42,282 bases of DNA, taken from positions 1 to 42,282 of the forward strand of contig WQZJ01000001.1 in assembly GCA_009780795.1 (NCBI GenBank), read 5' to 3'. Below the pieces are notes generated by a model. The model searched no databases. It was given only the letters and a program-made list of their open reading frames with translations, and had not been told where the DNA came from. This stretch comes from Methanomassiliicoccaceae archaeon (GTDB taxonomy: Archaea > Thermoplasmatota > Thermoplasmata > Methanomassiliicoccales > Methanomethylophilaceae). Positions within the stretch are counted from its first letter, which is position 1. Each line of letters starts with the position of its first letter. Positions 1 to 9,058 of the stretch are shown here, piece by piece. The translations under genes and the position numbers were made by a program.

Positions 1-930
1 AAAAAGAGGAACAACAAGCTGCCCAGATCGTACCTGAGATCGTTGGGCATGTTCATACAGTTCTGGCTTGACTCGGATGACGAGGTGTACGTGAAACTGA
101 TATCAGGCGACGATACTGCGCTGGAGGCATTCTGCATGGACCCGTACGAGGCGGCGGAGCCGCTGCGGTGTTGTCACTCGTCCATACATATGTCGGGAAC
201 GCTTGAACCTCTGACGGAATACCGTGACGTTCTCGGACTGGAGGAGGCGATGCTCGAACGTTTCGCATCGCCGTTCGATCCGAATAACCTGATGACGATA
301 CACGCCTCCGACGTTACAACGAAGTACGAGGAGATGAAACAGGACGAATCGATAATACCCAGGATGGAGGACCACATCGTCAACGTGATATCATCAGCGG
401 AAAGGAACACAGCGGTGTTCTTTCCGTCGTACTCGCTGATGGACATGATGATCAGGGACGGTGTGCCTCATCGTATCGGACGCAAGGCGTTCGTCGAACG
501 GAAAGGGATGACCAACGCGGAACATCAAAGCATGGTCGACGGTTTCAGACGGTCCGGTAATTCGGTACTCTTTGCGGTCACCGGCGGAAGGATAAGTGAG
601 GGCATCGACTTTCCGGGAAAGGACATGGAGGTGGCAATACTCGTAGGAATGCCGTTCTCGCGGCCGGGCGCGAAACAGAACGCTTTGATCAGATACTACG
701 ACATAAGGTCAGGGAACGGTTGGGAGCATGCGGTCATATCACCGGCCACCAGGAAGATGAGACAGGCGATGGGACGACTCATTCGTTCGGAGACCGATAT
801 CGGCGCCGCGGTCATATTGGATAAGCGTGCTGCAGCGTACCCTTTGCTGGCATCCGATCACTCGTCAGATCCGGCAGGGGACGTGAGACGATTCTTCGAA
901 CGGCACGGAGCCGACAGCCTGAACAGATAG
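1..930 (+). CDS. XPD/Rad3-family (DinG-like) DNA helicase, C-terminal part; 5' end lies outside the window
   Basis: Frame 1 is open from nt 1, with no stop before the listed ATG at 43. Helicase motifs are present: VLFAVTGGRISEGIDFPG (motif V-like) and RQAMGRLIRSETDIGAAVILDKR (motif VI-like). The gene ends in TAG at 928-930. Confidence 0.75.
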   Translation, partial: KKRNNKLPRSYLRSLGMFIQFWLDSDDEVYVKLISGDDTALEAFCMDPYEAAEPLRCCHSSIHMSGTLEPLTEYRDVLGLEEAMLERFASPFDPNNLMTIHASDVTTKYEEMKQDESIIPRMEDHIVNVISSAERNTAVFFPSYSLMDMMIRDGVPHRIGRKAFVERKGMTNAEHQSMVDGFRRSGNSVLFAVTGGRISEGIDFPGKDMEVAILVGMPFSRPGAKQNALIRYYDIRSGNGWEHAVISPATRKMRQAMGRLIRSETDIGAAVILDKRAAAYPLLASDHSSDPAGDVRRFFERHGADSLNR

Positions 931-1021
931 AACATCCGAAGGGCGAAAAGGCCCATGAGCGCGATTATTGAAAATAGCAGACAAGTTTATACTATCGGCG
1001 AATGATGCATATGGTGATATC

Positions 1022-1330
1022 ATGAACTCCGCGGACGGAACAAGGTTCTCGATCGAAGAACTGAGGAACATAGTAGCTCCTATCGCAAAAGAATACGGCG
1101 TAAAGAAGGTCTACCTGTTCGGTTCGGCGGCTCGCGGGGATGACAATGAAAACAGCGACTACGACTTTTGCATAGAACGCGGTGAAATAGACTGTATACT
1201 GATACTGTCGGAATTTTTCAAAGACCTTCACGATGCCGTCGGTCATGAGATAGATATGGTAACAACGAAATCGGTCGGTCCGGAATTTCTTAACAAGATC
1301 ATGGAGGAAGGAGTAGTTCTCTATGGGTAA
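1022..1330 (+). CDS. mntA: MntA-type minimal nucleotidyltransferase (antitoxin of an MNT/HEPN pair)
   Basis: It carries the signature LFGSAARGDDNENSDYDF (GSxxRG...DxD) of minimal nucleotidyltransferases. I prefer ATG 1022 because a GGTGA lies 4 nt upstream and a TATA-like TTTATACT sits at 986-993. The track start at 968 is a TTG that would include that TATA box. The gene overlaps the downstream hepT by 8 nt. Confidence 0.8.
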   Translation: MNSADGTRFSIEELRNIVAPIAKEYGVKKVYLFGSAARGDDNENSDYDFCIERGEIDCILILSEFFKDLHDAVGHEIDMVTTKSVGPEFLNKIMEEGVVLYG

Positions 1331-1670
1331 AGATGCCAACCGATTAATTACGATAATCAAATATTGTGACAAGATCGAAGCGAGAATTGAAGAGTTCGGC
1401 AATGACATAGAGGATTTTCTGAGCAATGATACATACCATGATGTTTGTTCATTCTATCTCTCCCAGATCGGTGAGAACGTAGGCTTCATATCGCCGAAAC
1501 TGACAGAGAAACACCCCGACATAAGTTGGGTGGGCCTGATGGAACTGAGAAATACGGTCACGCACGGTTACGAAGGGATGGACCTCGAAGCTGTTTGGAC
1601 GACGATAACAAAAAAGGTCCCCCGAATAAAGAAGACATGTGAAAGGATACTGAGAGAATTGAAACCGTGA
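1323..1670 (+). CDS. hepT: HepT-like HEPN-domain toxin (DUF86 family)
   Basis: It has the Rx4HxY HEPN motif (RNTVTHGY), is 115 aa long and overlaps the preceding nucleotidyltransferase gene. This is the typical MntA/HepT arrangement. Confidence 0.8.
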   Translation: MGKDANRLITIIKYCDKIEARIEEFGNDIEDFLSNDTYHDVCSFYLSQIGENVGFISPKLTEKHPDISWVGLMELRNTVTHGYEGMDLEAVWTTITKKVPRIKKTCERILRELKP

Positions 1671-1832
1671 TGAGGTTCCGCTTCTCACAGAACATCAACA
1701 AAAAACGTACAGGTAAGGAAACGGCACGGGTCGTTTGAATGCCGTGAGCGCTGTTACCGTCACGTACAGGACATCGTGTCGGGCCGAAAGCATTTATACG
1801 GTAATTTGACATTGTTCGGTCGAGGTCTGTCG

Positions 1833-2405
1833 GTGGAGATATTGGACATTATCATCATTATGCTGGCGGGACTGTGGTTATTCCTGCCTGCGATGCTCCC
1901 CAATTCCGCGGCCGTTGTGTTCGGCGGCGGTACGCCGATCGATCTGGGGAAGAGCTGGCGCGGTAAGCGCATACTCGGCGACGGGAAGACGTGGAGAGGA
2001 TTCTTCGGCGGAGGATTCGCAGGTGTCCTCTTAGGTGTGATACTGATGGGGATAGCGTACATATTCGACAAAGGGGCGCTGTGGGGCTATATCGACTGGT
2101 GGACAGGATTAGGCATAGTGTTCTGTCTGTCGTTCGGCTCGCTGCTCGGCGATATGCTCGGCTCGTTCGTTAAAAGACGCATAGGCATCGAGAGAGGAAA
2201 GAAGGCGCCGATATTGGATCAGTACGATTTCCTGATAGGCGCGTTCCTTCTGACGGTGCTGTTCAATCACTCTTGGGTGTACGCCACGTACATAGAGGGA
2301 TGGCACATACTCGCGCTGATATTCCTGCTGATCATAACGCTGCTGCTGCACCGTGTGATGAATATAATCGGCTACAAGACAGGATTGAAGGACGTACCGT
2401 GGTGA
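1833..2405 (+). CDS. carS: CDP-archaeol synthase (CDP-2,3-bis-O-geranylgeranyl-sn-glycerol synthase)
   Basis: This is a polytopic membrane protein with the CarS-like blocks LPAMLPNSAAVVFGGGTPIDLGK, GDGKTWRGFFGG and GDMLGSFVKRRIGIERG. The start is uncertain. GTG 1776 (the track start), GTG 1833 and ATG 1860 are all in frame. A TATA-like TTTATA at 1793-1798 argues against 1776. Confidence 0.7.
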   Translation: MEILDIIIIMLAGLWLFLPAMLPNSAAVVFGGGTPIDLGKSWRGKRILGDGKTWRGFFGGGFAGVLLGVILMGIAYIFDKGALWGYIDWWTGLGIVFCLSFGSLLGDMLGSFVKRRIGIERGKKAPILDQYDFLIGAFLLTVLFNHSWVYATYIEGWHILALIFLLIITLLLHRVMNIIGYKTGLKDVPW

Positions 2406-2409
2406 TAAC

Positions 2410-2943
2410 ATGAGCGAGATAAAGAGAGCATTGGAGAAGTGCGGTGCATTGCGATTTGGGAAGTTCACGCTGGCGTCCGGGGCCGAAAGCGATTATTATG
2501 TGGATATCAAGAAAGCAAGCACGGACCCGGGGACGCTGTATCTGATATCACAGCTGATGGCCGAACAGATACAGACATCCGGTAAGAGATACGACCGCAT
2601 AGCGGGCGTGGTGCTCGGTTCGGTACCGTTGGCGGCCGCACTGTCGCTGGCAACAGGCATACCGTATGTGATGGTACGAAAGGAAAGGAAGGACCACGGT
2701 ATGTCGAAACAGATCGAGGGCGATCTTAACGTGAACGATAACGTGATAGTGATCGAGGACGTCATAACATCCGCCGGTTCGTCGATATCCGCCATCTCAA
2801 CGTTGAGAGAGGCGGGTGCGTCCGTGGAGGACGTGATCACGGTAATAGACAGAGAATCCGGGGGGAAGGAGGCGCTGAGTTCGATCGGTGTAACGCTGAC
2901 ATCGCTGGCGAGGGCGTCGGACCTTCTCGGAAGCAGGAACTGA
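2410..2943 (+). CDS. pyrE: orotate phosphoribosyltransferase
   Basis: It has the N-terminal LRFGKFTLASGAESDYYVDIK and the PRPP-binding loop VIVIEDVITSAGS. It starts 4 nt after the carS stop. Confidence 0.9.
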   Translation: MSEIKRALEKCGALRFGKFTLASGAESDYYVDIKKASTDPGTLYLISQLMAEQIQTSGKRYDRIAGVVLGSVPLAAALSLATGIPYVMVRKERKDHGMSKQIEGDLNVNDNVIVIEDVITSAGSSISAISTLREAGASVEDVITVIDRESGGKEALSSIGVTLTSLARASDLLGSRN

Positions 2944-2960
2944 AAGTAAACACAACGGAG

Positions 2961-3950
2961 GTGAGAGGGACGGCTAAGATAAGAATAGGCATATACGGCT
3001 ACGGGAACGTCGGTAAGAGCGTCGAAAAGGCGGTGGCGAGGAATGATGACATGTCATTGGAGGCAGTGTTCACGAGACGCGACCCGAACAGTGTGACACC
3101 TACAACGGGAGTGAAGGTCGTCCCGTCCGATGAGATACTCACGTACAAGGACAAAATAGATGTGATGGTGCTCTGCGGCGGATCCGCGACCGACCTCCCG
3201 GAACAGGGGCCGGAGATGGCGAAGCACTTCAACACGGTCGATTCGTATGACACACACGCCAAGATCCCCGAGTACCTCAAGAAGATGGACAAGAACGCCC
3301 GCATGAACGGCAGAACCGCAGTGATATCTGTCGGATGGGATCCCGGTGTACTGTCGATGATGAGGTCGCTGTTCATATCGTCCGTCCCGGACGGAGGTAA
3401 TAACACATTCTGGGGTCCCGGCGTGAGTCAAGGTCATTCTGACGCCATCAGGAGAGTGGAAGGCGTCGCTGACGGCATCCAGTACACAGTGCCGTCGGAG
3501 TCCGTCCTGAACGAGGTCAGGGACGGTTCGCGAAGTGAATACACGATGGCGCAGAAGCACAGGAGGGTCTGTTACGTAGTCCCGAAGGAAGGCGCGAACA
3601 GAGATACGATAGCCGGCGGGATCAGGAACATGCCTAACTACTTCGTCGGTTACGACACAGAGATCAATTTCATAACGGCGGAACAGATGCACCGCGAACA
3701 TAGCAAGATGCCTCACGAGGGATACGTGTTCCGGAACGGGACGACAGGCACGGACGAAAGAAATCACATGGGGATGCACATCAAATTCGACAGTAACCCC
3801 GGGTTCACAGCATCTGTCATGGTCGCGTACGCGAGAGCGGCGTTCAGATTATTCGGCGAAGGGGACCACGGTGCGAAGACAGTGTTCGACATACCCGTGT
3901 CGTATCTGTCCAAAGAGGGCAGGGACCGGCTGATCGCCGAGCTGTTATGA
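2961..3950 (+). CDS. ddh: meso-diaminopimelate D-dehydrogenase
   Basis: It starts with GTG. It has the Rossmann N-terminus IGIYGYGNVGKS and the Ddh-typical blocks VLCGGSATDLPEQGP, ISVGWDPGVLS and FWGPGVSQGHSDAIRRV. Confidence 0.8.
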   Translation: MRGTAKIRIGIYGYGNVGKSVEKAVARNDDMSLEAVFTRRDPNSVTPTTGVKVVPSDEILTYKDKIDVMVLCGGSATDLPEQGPEMAKHFNTVDSYDTHAKIPEYLKKMDKNARMNGRTAVISVGWDPGVLSMMRSLFISSVPDGGNNTFWGPGVSQGHSDAIRRVEGVADGIQYTVPSESVLNEVRDGSRSEYTMAQKHRRVCYVVPKEGANRDTIAGGIRNMPNYFVGYDTEINFITAEQMHREHSKMPHEGYVFRNGTTGTDERNHMGMHIKFDSNPGFTASVMVAYARAAFRLFGEGDHGAKTVFDIPVSYLSKEGRDRLIAELL

Positions 3951-3954
3951 CACG

Positions 3955-4500
3955 GTGCGGAAGATGATACCAGATAAAGATTGCACCGGATGTCCGCTGT
4001 GCGAGGCCAGGACGCAGGTGGTGATGCCCGACGGTAACAGGAACTCAACGGTGGCCCTGGTGGGCGAGGCCCCCGGCGAAAGGGAGGACATAACAGGAAG
4101 ACCATTCATCGGAAGGTCCGGGAAGTTACTGGAGAAGATAATGAACGAGGCCGGGATAGAGAGGTCGGACGTTTTGATAACGAACACGGTGAAGTGTCGA
4201 CCTCCGAACAACAGGGACCCGACGAAAGAGGAGATGGACGCATGCAGACCGTTCCTTGAATATGAATTATCCAGTAGGAAGGTGGTCGTAGGTCTCGGAA
4301 GGTCCGCGTGTCGCACTCTCGTAGGCTATGAGGGCAAGATGGCCGACATAGTGAACACGGAGATCAAGATCAACATAGGCGGAACGGAGATAACGTTCAT
4401 ACCGACATACCATCCGGCCGCATGCATATACAACAACAATTCGAAGGCGGAGCTGAGAAGGACGATGGCCATACTGAAGAGCAGGTACATGGAGCGATAA
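3955..4500 (+). CDS. udg: family 4 uracil-DNA glycosylase (Fe-S type)
   Basis: It has CTGCPLCE, GEAPGEREDITGRPFIGRSGKLL and TNTVKCRPPNNRDP, which are canonical family-4 UDG motifs. The start is GTG 3955, with an alternative ATG at 3964. Confidence 0.85.
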   Translation: MRKMIPDKDCTGCPLCEARTQVVMPDGNRNSTVALVGEAPGEREDITGRPFIGRSGKLLEKIMNEAGIERSDVLITNTVKCRPPNNRDPTKEEMDACRPFLEYELSSRKVVVGLGRSACRTLVGYEGKMADIVNTEIKINIGGTEITFIPTYHPAACIYNNNSKAELRRTMAILKSRYMER

Positions 4501-4501
4501 C

Positions 4502-5281
4502 ATGAGCGGCATAGATTGGAACGATGTCTCAGGCGTGATGATAGACATGGACGGTACTGTGTACAAAGGAGGTAACGTGATACCGGGCGCCCCGGAGTTC
4601 ATCGAGAGACTTAAGGAAAAAGGGATACCGTTCGTGTTCCTTACCAACAACTCATCATCGAACCGCGCCAACTACCTGATAAAACTGCTCGGGATGGGAT
4701 TCAAGGTAAGCATCGATAACATACTGACGTCGACCACGGCGACGATAGAATATCTTCTCAAATATCAAAACGGAAAGACGGTCTATCTGCTGGGGACGCC
4801 GAGGTTCGTCTCCGAGATAGAGGAAGCAGGCATTATCGTTGCGGATGATGCGGACGTAGTTCTGCTGGCATTCGACACTACGATAACGTACGAGAGGATA
4901 AACACCGCGTACCAGCTGATCAAAAGAGGCGCATCACTGGTGGCGACACATCCGGACGATCTTTGTCCGACGGAGAACGGATACGATGTGGATATAGGAC
5001 CGTTCATAAGACTGTTCGAATCCATGACATCCGTGAAAGCCGAGGTCATCGGAAAACCGAACCCGATGATGGCGATGATGGCCGCGGAGAGGATGAACGT
5101 CCCCCATGAGGGAATGGTGATGATAGGCGACAGGATATACACGGACATGAAAATGGCGACGGATGCGGGCATACGGTCGGTGATGGTGCTGTCGGGCGAG
5201 GCAAAAAGGGAAGATGTGGAACGATCGGGCATAACGCCGACGATGATCGTAGATTCAGTGGACGATCTGATGCGTCAGTGA
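4502..5281 (+). CDS. HAD-superfamily subfamily IIA phosphatase (NagD-like)
   Basis: It has the HAD motif I DMDGTVY followed by FLTNNSS, and the C-terminal GDRIYTDM motif IV. Confidence 0.8.
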   Translation: MSGIDWNDVSGVMIDMDGTVYKGGNVIPGAPEFIERLKEKGIPFVFLTNNSSSNRANYLIKLLGMGFKVSIDNILTSTTATIEYLLKYQNGKTVYLLGTPRFVSEIEEAGIIVADDADVVLLAFDTTITYERINTAYQLIKRGASLVATHPDDLCPTENGYDVDIGPFIRLFESMTSVKAEVIGKPNPMMAMMAAERMNVPHEGMVMIGDRIYTDMKMATDAGIRSVMVLSGEAKREDVERSGITPTMIVDSVDDLMRQ

Positions 5282-5377
5282 CGACGTGAGACCGTCCACT
5301 GAACATCAGAGGTGTTCCGACGGGATACGACACATCTTTCGATGGGTTTTTAACATACGCTCATGATTCCTTTGACC

Positions 5378-6295
5378 ATGAGCGTCGACGACATCGCGGC
5401 GGCGATAAAAAGCATGGAGATACGCGGCGCAGGACGCATCGCGCGTGCCGCGGCCGCAGCGATCGGTGATCTGGCGAGGTCACGTGAATGGAACGATATC
5501 TCGTCGCTCATGAGGGACGTATCAGATTCGAAGGCGAAGCTCATCGGATCGAGACCGACCGCCGTCTCGTTGCTGAACGGCATACAGTTCACATTGAGGG
5601 GACTGAACGGATGCACGACGGTCGATGATGCAAGAAAACTTTTGATAAGGAACTCGGAAGAGTTCATCATGTCGTCGAACATGGCAGTGGAACGTATAGG
5701 ACTGATCGGCTCCAGAAGGATAAAGGACGGCGCCGTGATAATGACGCACTGCAACAGCAGCGCCGCGATCGCATGCATCAAGGAAGCACACAGGAGCGGC
5801 AAGAGGATAAAGGTCTACGCGACCGAATCAAGACCGTGGAGACAAGGCATACTCACTGTAAACGAACTCGCCGAGGCGGGAGTGGACGTCACGCTGATCA
5901 TAGACGGTGCCGTACGTTCGGTGATGAAGTATACTGACATCGTGATGGTCGGGGCCGACACGATAACATCGAACGGTGCCGTGATCAACAAGATAGGCAC
6001 GTCCCAGCTGGCACTTGCGGCGCACGAGGCCCGCGTACCGTTCGTCGTGTGCAGTGAAACATACAAGATATCGCCGCAGACGCTGTTCGGCGATATGGTC
6101 ACGATCGAAGAGAGAGATACAAGCGAGATAGTGAGAAAGGGAGAGATACCGGACACGGTAAAAGTGTTCAACCCGGTGTTCGATTCGACACCTGCGAGGT
6201 ACATCGACGGTATAGTCACAGAGATAGGGATAGTCAGCCCCGGCTCCGTGTACGAGATAATGGTGAAACAATTTGGTGATATCGAGTTCAAATGA
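5378..6295 (+). CDS. e2b2: ribose-1,5-bisphosphate isomerase (eIF-2B alpha/beta/delta-like, e2b2 family)
   Basis: It has the N-terminal block SMEIRGAGRIARAAA and eIF2B-like family features (VYATESRP, GADTITSNGAVINKIGT). The track start is ATG 5363. I prefer ATG 5378 because a TATA-like TTTTTAAC at 5347-5354 lies about 27 nt upstream of it, which fits a leaderless mRNA. Confidence 0.8.
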   Translation: MSVDDIAAAIKSMEIRGAGRIARAAAAAIGDLARSREWNDISSLMRDVSDSKAKLIGSRPTAVSLLNGIQFTLRGLNGCTTVDDARKLLIRNSEEFIMSSNMAVERIGLIGSRRIKDGAVIMTHCNSSAAIACIKEAHRSGKRIKVYATESRPWRQGILTVNELAEAGVDVTLIIDGAVRSVMKYTDIVMVGADTITSNGAVINKIGTSQLALAAHEARVPFVVCSETYKISPQTLFGDMVTIEERDTSEIVRKGEIPDTVKVFNPVFDSTPARYIDGIVTEIGIVSPGSVYEIMVKQFGDIEFK

Positions 6296-6305
6296 GGTGA
6301 AAACA

Positions 6306-7541
6306 ATGGATTATTCATATCTGCATCTTGGCGAGAAGGCGGACCCGGACGACCATGTGATATGCGTGTACAGAATAACAACCAAACTTCCGATGGAACA
6401 GGCGGCGGCATCGCTCGCCGCCGAACAGTCCACCGGTACGTGGACCGGGATATCGACGCTTGAGCGAGACATCTTCGAGAGATACGGCGGCCGTGTGACG
6501 GATATCGACGGTAACGTGGCGACGGTGGCGTTCCCGAAGGATGACTTCTGCATGGACATAGGCGCGGTACCGCAGATACTGAGCATCATAGCCGGGAATC
6601 TGTTCGGACTGCATTCGATAGATAAAGTGAGATTGGAGAATGTATTCTTTCCCAAGTCCATAAGGGATGAGTTCAAGGGACCGAAGTTCGGACTGGCCGG
6701 ACTGAGAAGGATACTGGACCGCCCGGAGAAGCCGCTGGTCGGTACGATAGTGAAACCCAAGATAGGACTGTCGCCGAAGGACACCGCCCGTTATGTGTAC
6801 GAGTCGGGGAAGGGAGGGCTGACCAACAGCAAGGATGATGAGACGCTAGTGAACCAGAAGTTCTGTCCGCTCCAGGACAGGACGGTCGCTATTGCCGAGG
6901 TTCTCGATCAACTGGAGAGCGAAGGTCACAAAATGGTGCACGCCATAAACGTCAGCACAAGCGGCCATAAGATAATAGAGGCGGCGGAGAACGCACAGGC
7001 ATGGGGTGCCAAGCAGATAATGGTCGATGTGCTCACCACGGGCTTCGCTGCCGTCCAGGCGCTCGCCGAGGACCCGTCCATCAAAGTTCCGATACATGTG
7101 CACAGGACTATGCACGGCGCCATGACGAGGGATCCGCTGCACGGGATAGCGATGCTCCCCATAGCGAAGCTCTGCCGCATGTGCGGTGCCGATGCGCTGC
7201 ACGTCGGTACGCTGGGCATAGGGAAGATGGAAGGTGACAGCAAAAGCGATATCAACAACATAGACGCATGCTTCGACCGTTCTGTCGAGTACAAGACGGT
7301 AATGCCCGTCTGCTCCGGCGGGGTGTACCCCGGGCTGATAGACAAGATAGTCAGGGCTGCGGGCCGTGATGTGCAGATACGGGCGGGAGGCGGTGTCGCC
7401 GGCCATCCCGGCGGTATACGTGCCGGTGCGCTCGCCATGTCACAGGCGGTGGACGCCGCATTCTTCGGAATTCCGTTGGACGAGTACGCGGCGACGCACA
7501 ATGAATTAAGAACGGCGCTGGACATGTGGGGTCTGAAATGA
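6306..7541 (+). CDS. rbcL: type III ribulose-1,5-bisphosphate carboxylase/oxygenase large subunit
   Basis: All catalytic blocks are present: KPKIGLS, GGLTNSKDDE (carbamylated Lys plus Mg ligands), IHVHRTMHGA, LHVGT, GKMEGD, VCSGG and GGGVAGHPGG. ATG 6306 is preceded by GGTGA. The track start at 6273 overlaps the e2b2 gene. Confidence 0.9.
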   Translation: MDYSYLHLGEKADPDDHVICVYRITTKLPMEQAAASLAAEQSTGTWTGISTLERDIFERYGGRVTDIDGNVATVAFPKDDFCMDIGAVPQILSIIAGNLFGLHSIDKVRLENVFFPKSIRDEFKGPKFGLAGLRRILDRPEKPLVGTIVKPKIGLSPKDTARYVYESGKGGLTNSKDDETLVNQKFCPLQDRTVAIAEVLDQLESEGHKMVHAINVSTSGHKIIEAAENAQAWGAKQIMVDVLTTGFAAVQALAEDPSIKVPIHVHRTMHGAMTRDPLHGIAMLPIAKLCRMCGADALHVGTLGIGKMEGDSKSDINNIDACFDRSVEYKTVMPVCSGGVYPGLIDKIVRAAGRDVQIRAGGGVAGHPGGIRAGALAMSQAVDAAFFGIPLDEYAATHNELRTALDMWGLK

Positions 7542-9058
7542 AACTTATCGCCAGATTGTACGACGTGGATTCCTCGGAGCCGAGAGTGGTCGCTCACGGA
7601 GAGGATTGCAAAGAATTGGGAGTGAAGCACATGGACCGCGTCAGGATCGACGCCAGGTCGTCGAAGGTGATAGTGGTGAGCATATCCGACTCCGTGGTGA
7701 AGAAGGGTGAGATATTGATACCAATGTCCCTGATGACGACGGTGGGCGCGGAGGTAGGGACGCCGGTGGAAGTGGTATATTCCCCGAAGCCCGATTCCGT
7801 GCGCAGCATCAGAAAGAAGATGGACTCCGTCAAACTGACCAAGGACGAGATACACGAGATCGTGTTCGACATCTATGAGGGAAAATTATCAAAGATAGAG
7901 ATATCCGCGTGGCTCACCGCACTGTACATCAACGGCATGGATAACGAGGAGATAGCAAACTTCACGCAGTCGATGGTGAACACCGGTGAGAAGATAGTGT
8001 TCGACAGGACCCCGGTGTTCGACTTCCACAGTCTAGGCGGCGTCCCCGGTAACAAGGTGACACCGATCGTCGTCTCGATAGTGGCATCCGCGGGTCTAAT
8101 GTTGCCGAAGACATCGTCCCGTGCCATAAGCAGCGCATGCGGCACGTCCGACTTCGTTGAGGTGTTCTGTGACGTGGAGTTGGATGCGGCGAAGCTCAAG
8201 AAGATATCCGAGACGATAGGTGGTGTGCTGGCATGGGGCGGTTCCATGAACATAGCACCGGTGGATGACATGGTGATAGACATAGAGTACCCGCTTGGGA
8301 TAAACCCGCGCGCACAGATGCTCGCGTCGATCCTCAGCAAGAAACTCGCGATAAGCGCAACCCATCTGCTCGTGGACATACCGATGGGCTCCGGCACAAA
8401 GGTGAAGACACTGGAGGAGGCGAGGGAGTACGCACGCGACCTGATGGAACTGGGCACAAAACTCGGAATGAGGACCGAGTGTGCGATAACATACGGCGAC
8501 CAGCCGGTCGGTAACGCGATCGGTCCGGCGCTGGAGGCGCGTGAATGCATACGCATACTGGAGGGTATGACACATCCCGCGAGCGTGGTCGAGAAGGCAT
8601 GCGACCTTGCCGGTATGATACTTGAGATGGGAGGCATCCCGGACGGACCGACGAGGGCGCGTGAGATATTGTCGTCGGGTGAGGCGCTCAGCAAGTTCAG
8701 GGAGATAGTGGAGGCGCAGGGCGGCAAGAAGAACATAATGTCTGAGGACATCCCCATCGGAAAATACGTACATGATGTGAAGGCCGTTCGGGCCGGATAC
8801 ATCCATTCGATAGACAACAAGGACCTTGTGACGATCGCACGTGCGGCCGGTGCGCCCGCGGACAAGGGCGCAGGTATATTACTGTACAGAAAGAAGGGGC
8901 AGAGGGCCGAGAAAGGTGAGACGCTCTTCCAGATATATGCGGACAACCAGACAAAGGCGGACCGCGCCAGGGACATGGCCATAAAACTGGCACCGGTCGA
9001 CATCGAAGGGATGCTGATAAAGAAGGTCCCGAACCCGTCGGCACTGAAGGGGATATGA
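7538..9058 (+). CDS. deoA: AMP phosphorylase (thymidine-phosphorylase family with N-terminal extension)
   Basis: It is about 506 aa and has thymidine phosphorylase family blocks (HSLGGVPGNKVT, TSSRAISSACGTSD). An additional N-terminal domain is typical of archaeal AMPpase. Its start forms an ATGA overlap with the rbcL stop at 7538-7541. Confidence 0.85.
   Translation: MKLIARLYDVDSSEPRVVAHGEDCKELGVKHMDRVRIDARSSKVIVVSISDSVVKKGEILIPMSLMTTVGAEVGTPVEVVYSPKPDSVRSIRKKMDSVKLTKDEIHEIVFDIYEGKLSKIEISAWLTALYINGMDNEEIANFTQSMVNTGEKIVFDRTPVFDFHSLGGVPGNKVTPIVVSIVASAGLMLPKTSSRAISSACGTSDFVEVFCDVELDAAKLKKISETIGGVLAWGGSMNIAPVDDMVIDIEYPLGINPRAQMLASILSKKLAISATHLLVDIPMGSGTKVKTLEEAREYARDLMELGTKLGMRTECAITYGDQPVGNAIGPALEARECIRILEGMTHPASVVEKACDLAGMILEMGGIPDGPTRAREILSSGEALSKFREIVEAQGGKKNIMSEDIPIGKYVHDVKAVRAGYIHSIDNKDLVTIARAAGAPADKGAGILLYRKKGQRAEKGETLFQIYADNQTKADRARDMAIKLAPVDIEGMLIKKVPNPSALKGI

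Noticed and set aside
1667-1775. C/D-box sRNA candidate starting at the GTGATGA that overlaps the hepT stop
   Set aside because: A C-box-like GUGAUGA is present, but no CUGA D box occurs within the next 100 nt or so, and no C'/D' pair is visible. The 9-nt direct repeat ACGTACAGG (1705-1713 and 1762-1770) and short stems are not enough to call an RNA gene.
6306-7541. RuBisCO as evidence for a Calvin-Benson cycle
   Set aside because: No phosphoribulokinase is in the window. The gene is flanked and translationally linked with R15P isomerase and AMP phosphorylase, which is the signature of the archaeal type III AMP/nucleotide salvage pathway.
6926-9003. Long antisense ORFs (for example 6926-7855, 7873-9003, 10808-11665, 18544-19365, 27538-28593, 31241-32011, 34468-35193, 35575-36267)
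   Set aside because: Each lies opposite a gene with unambiguous family motifs. They have Ser/Pro/Arg-rich composition of the kind often seen in non-coding reverse frames of GC-rich DNA, and they carry no recognisable motifs.
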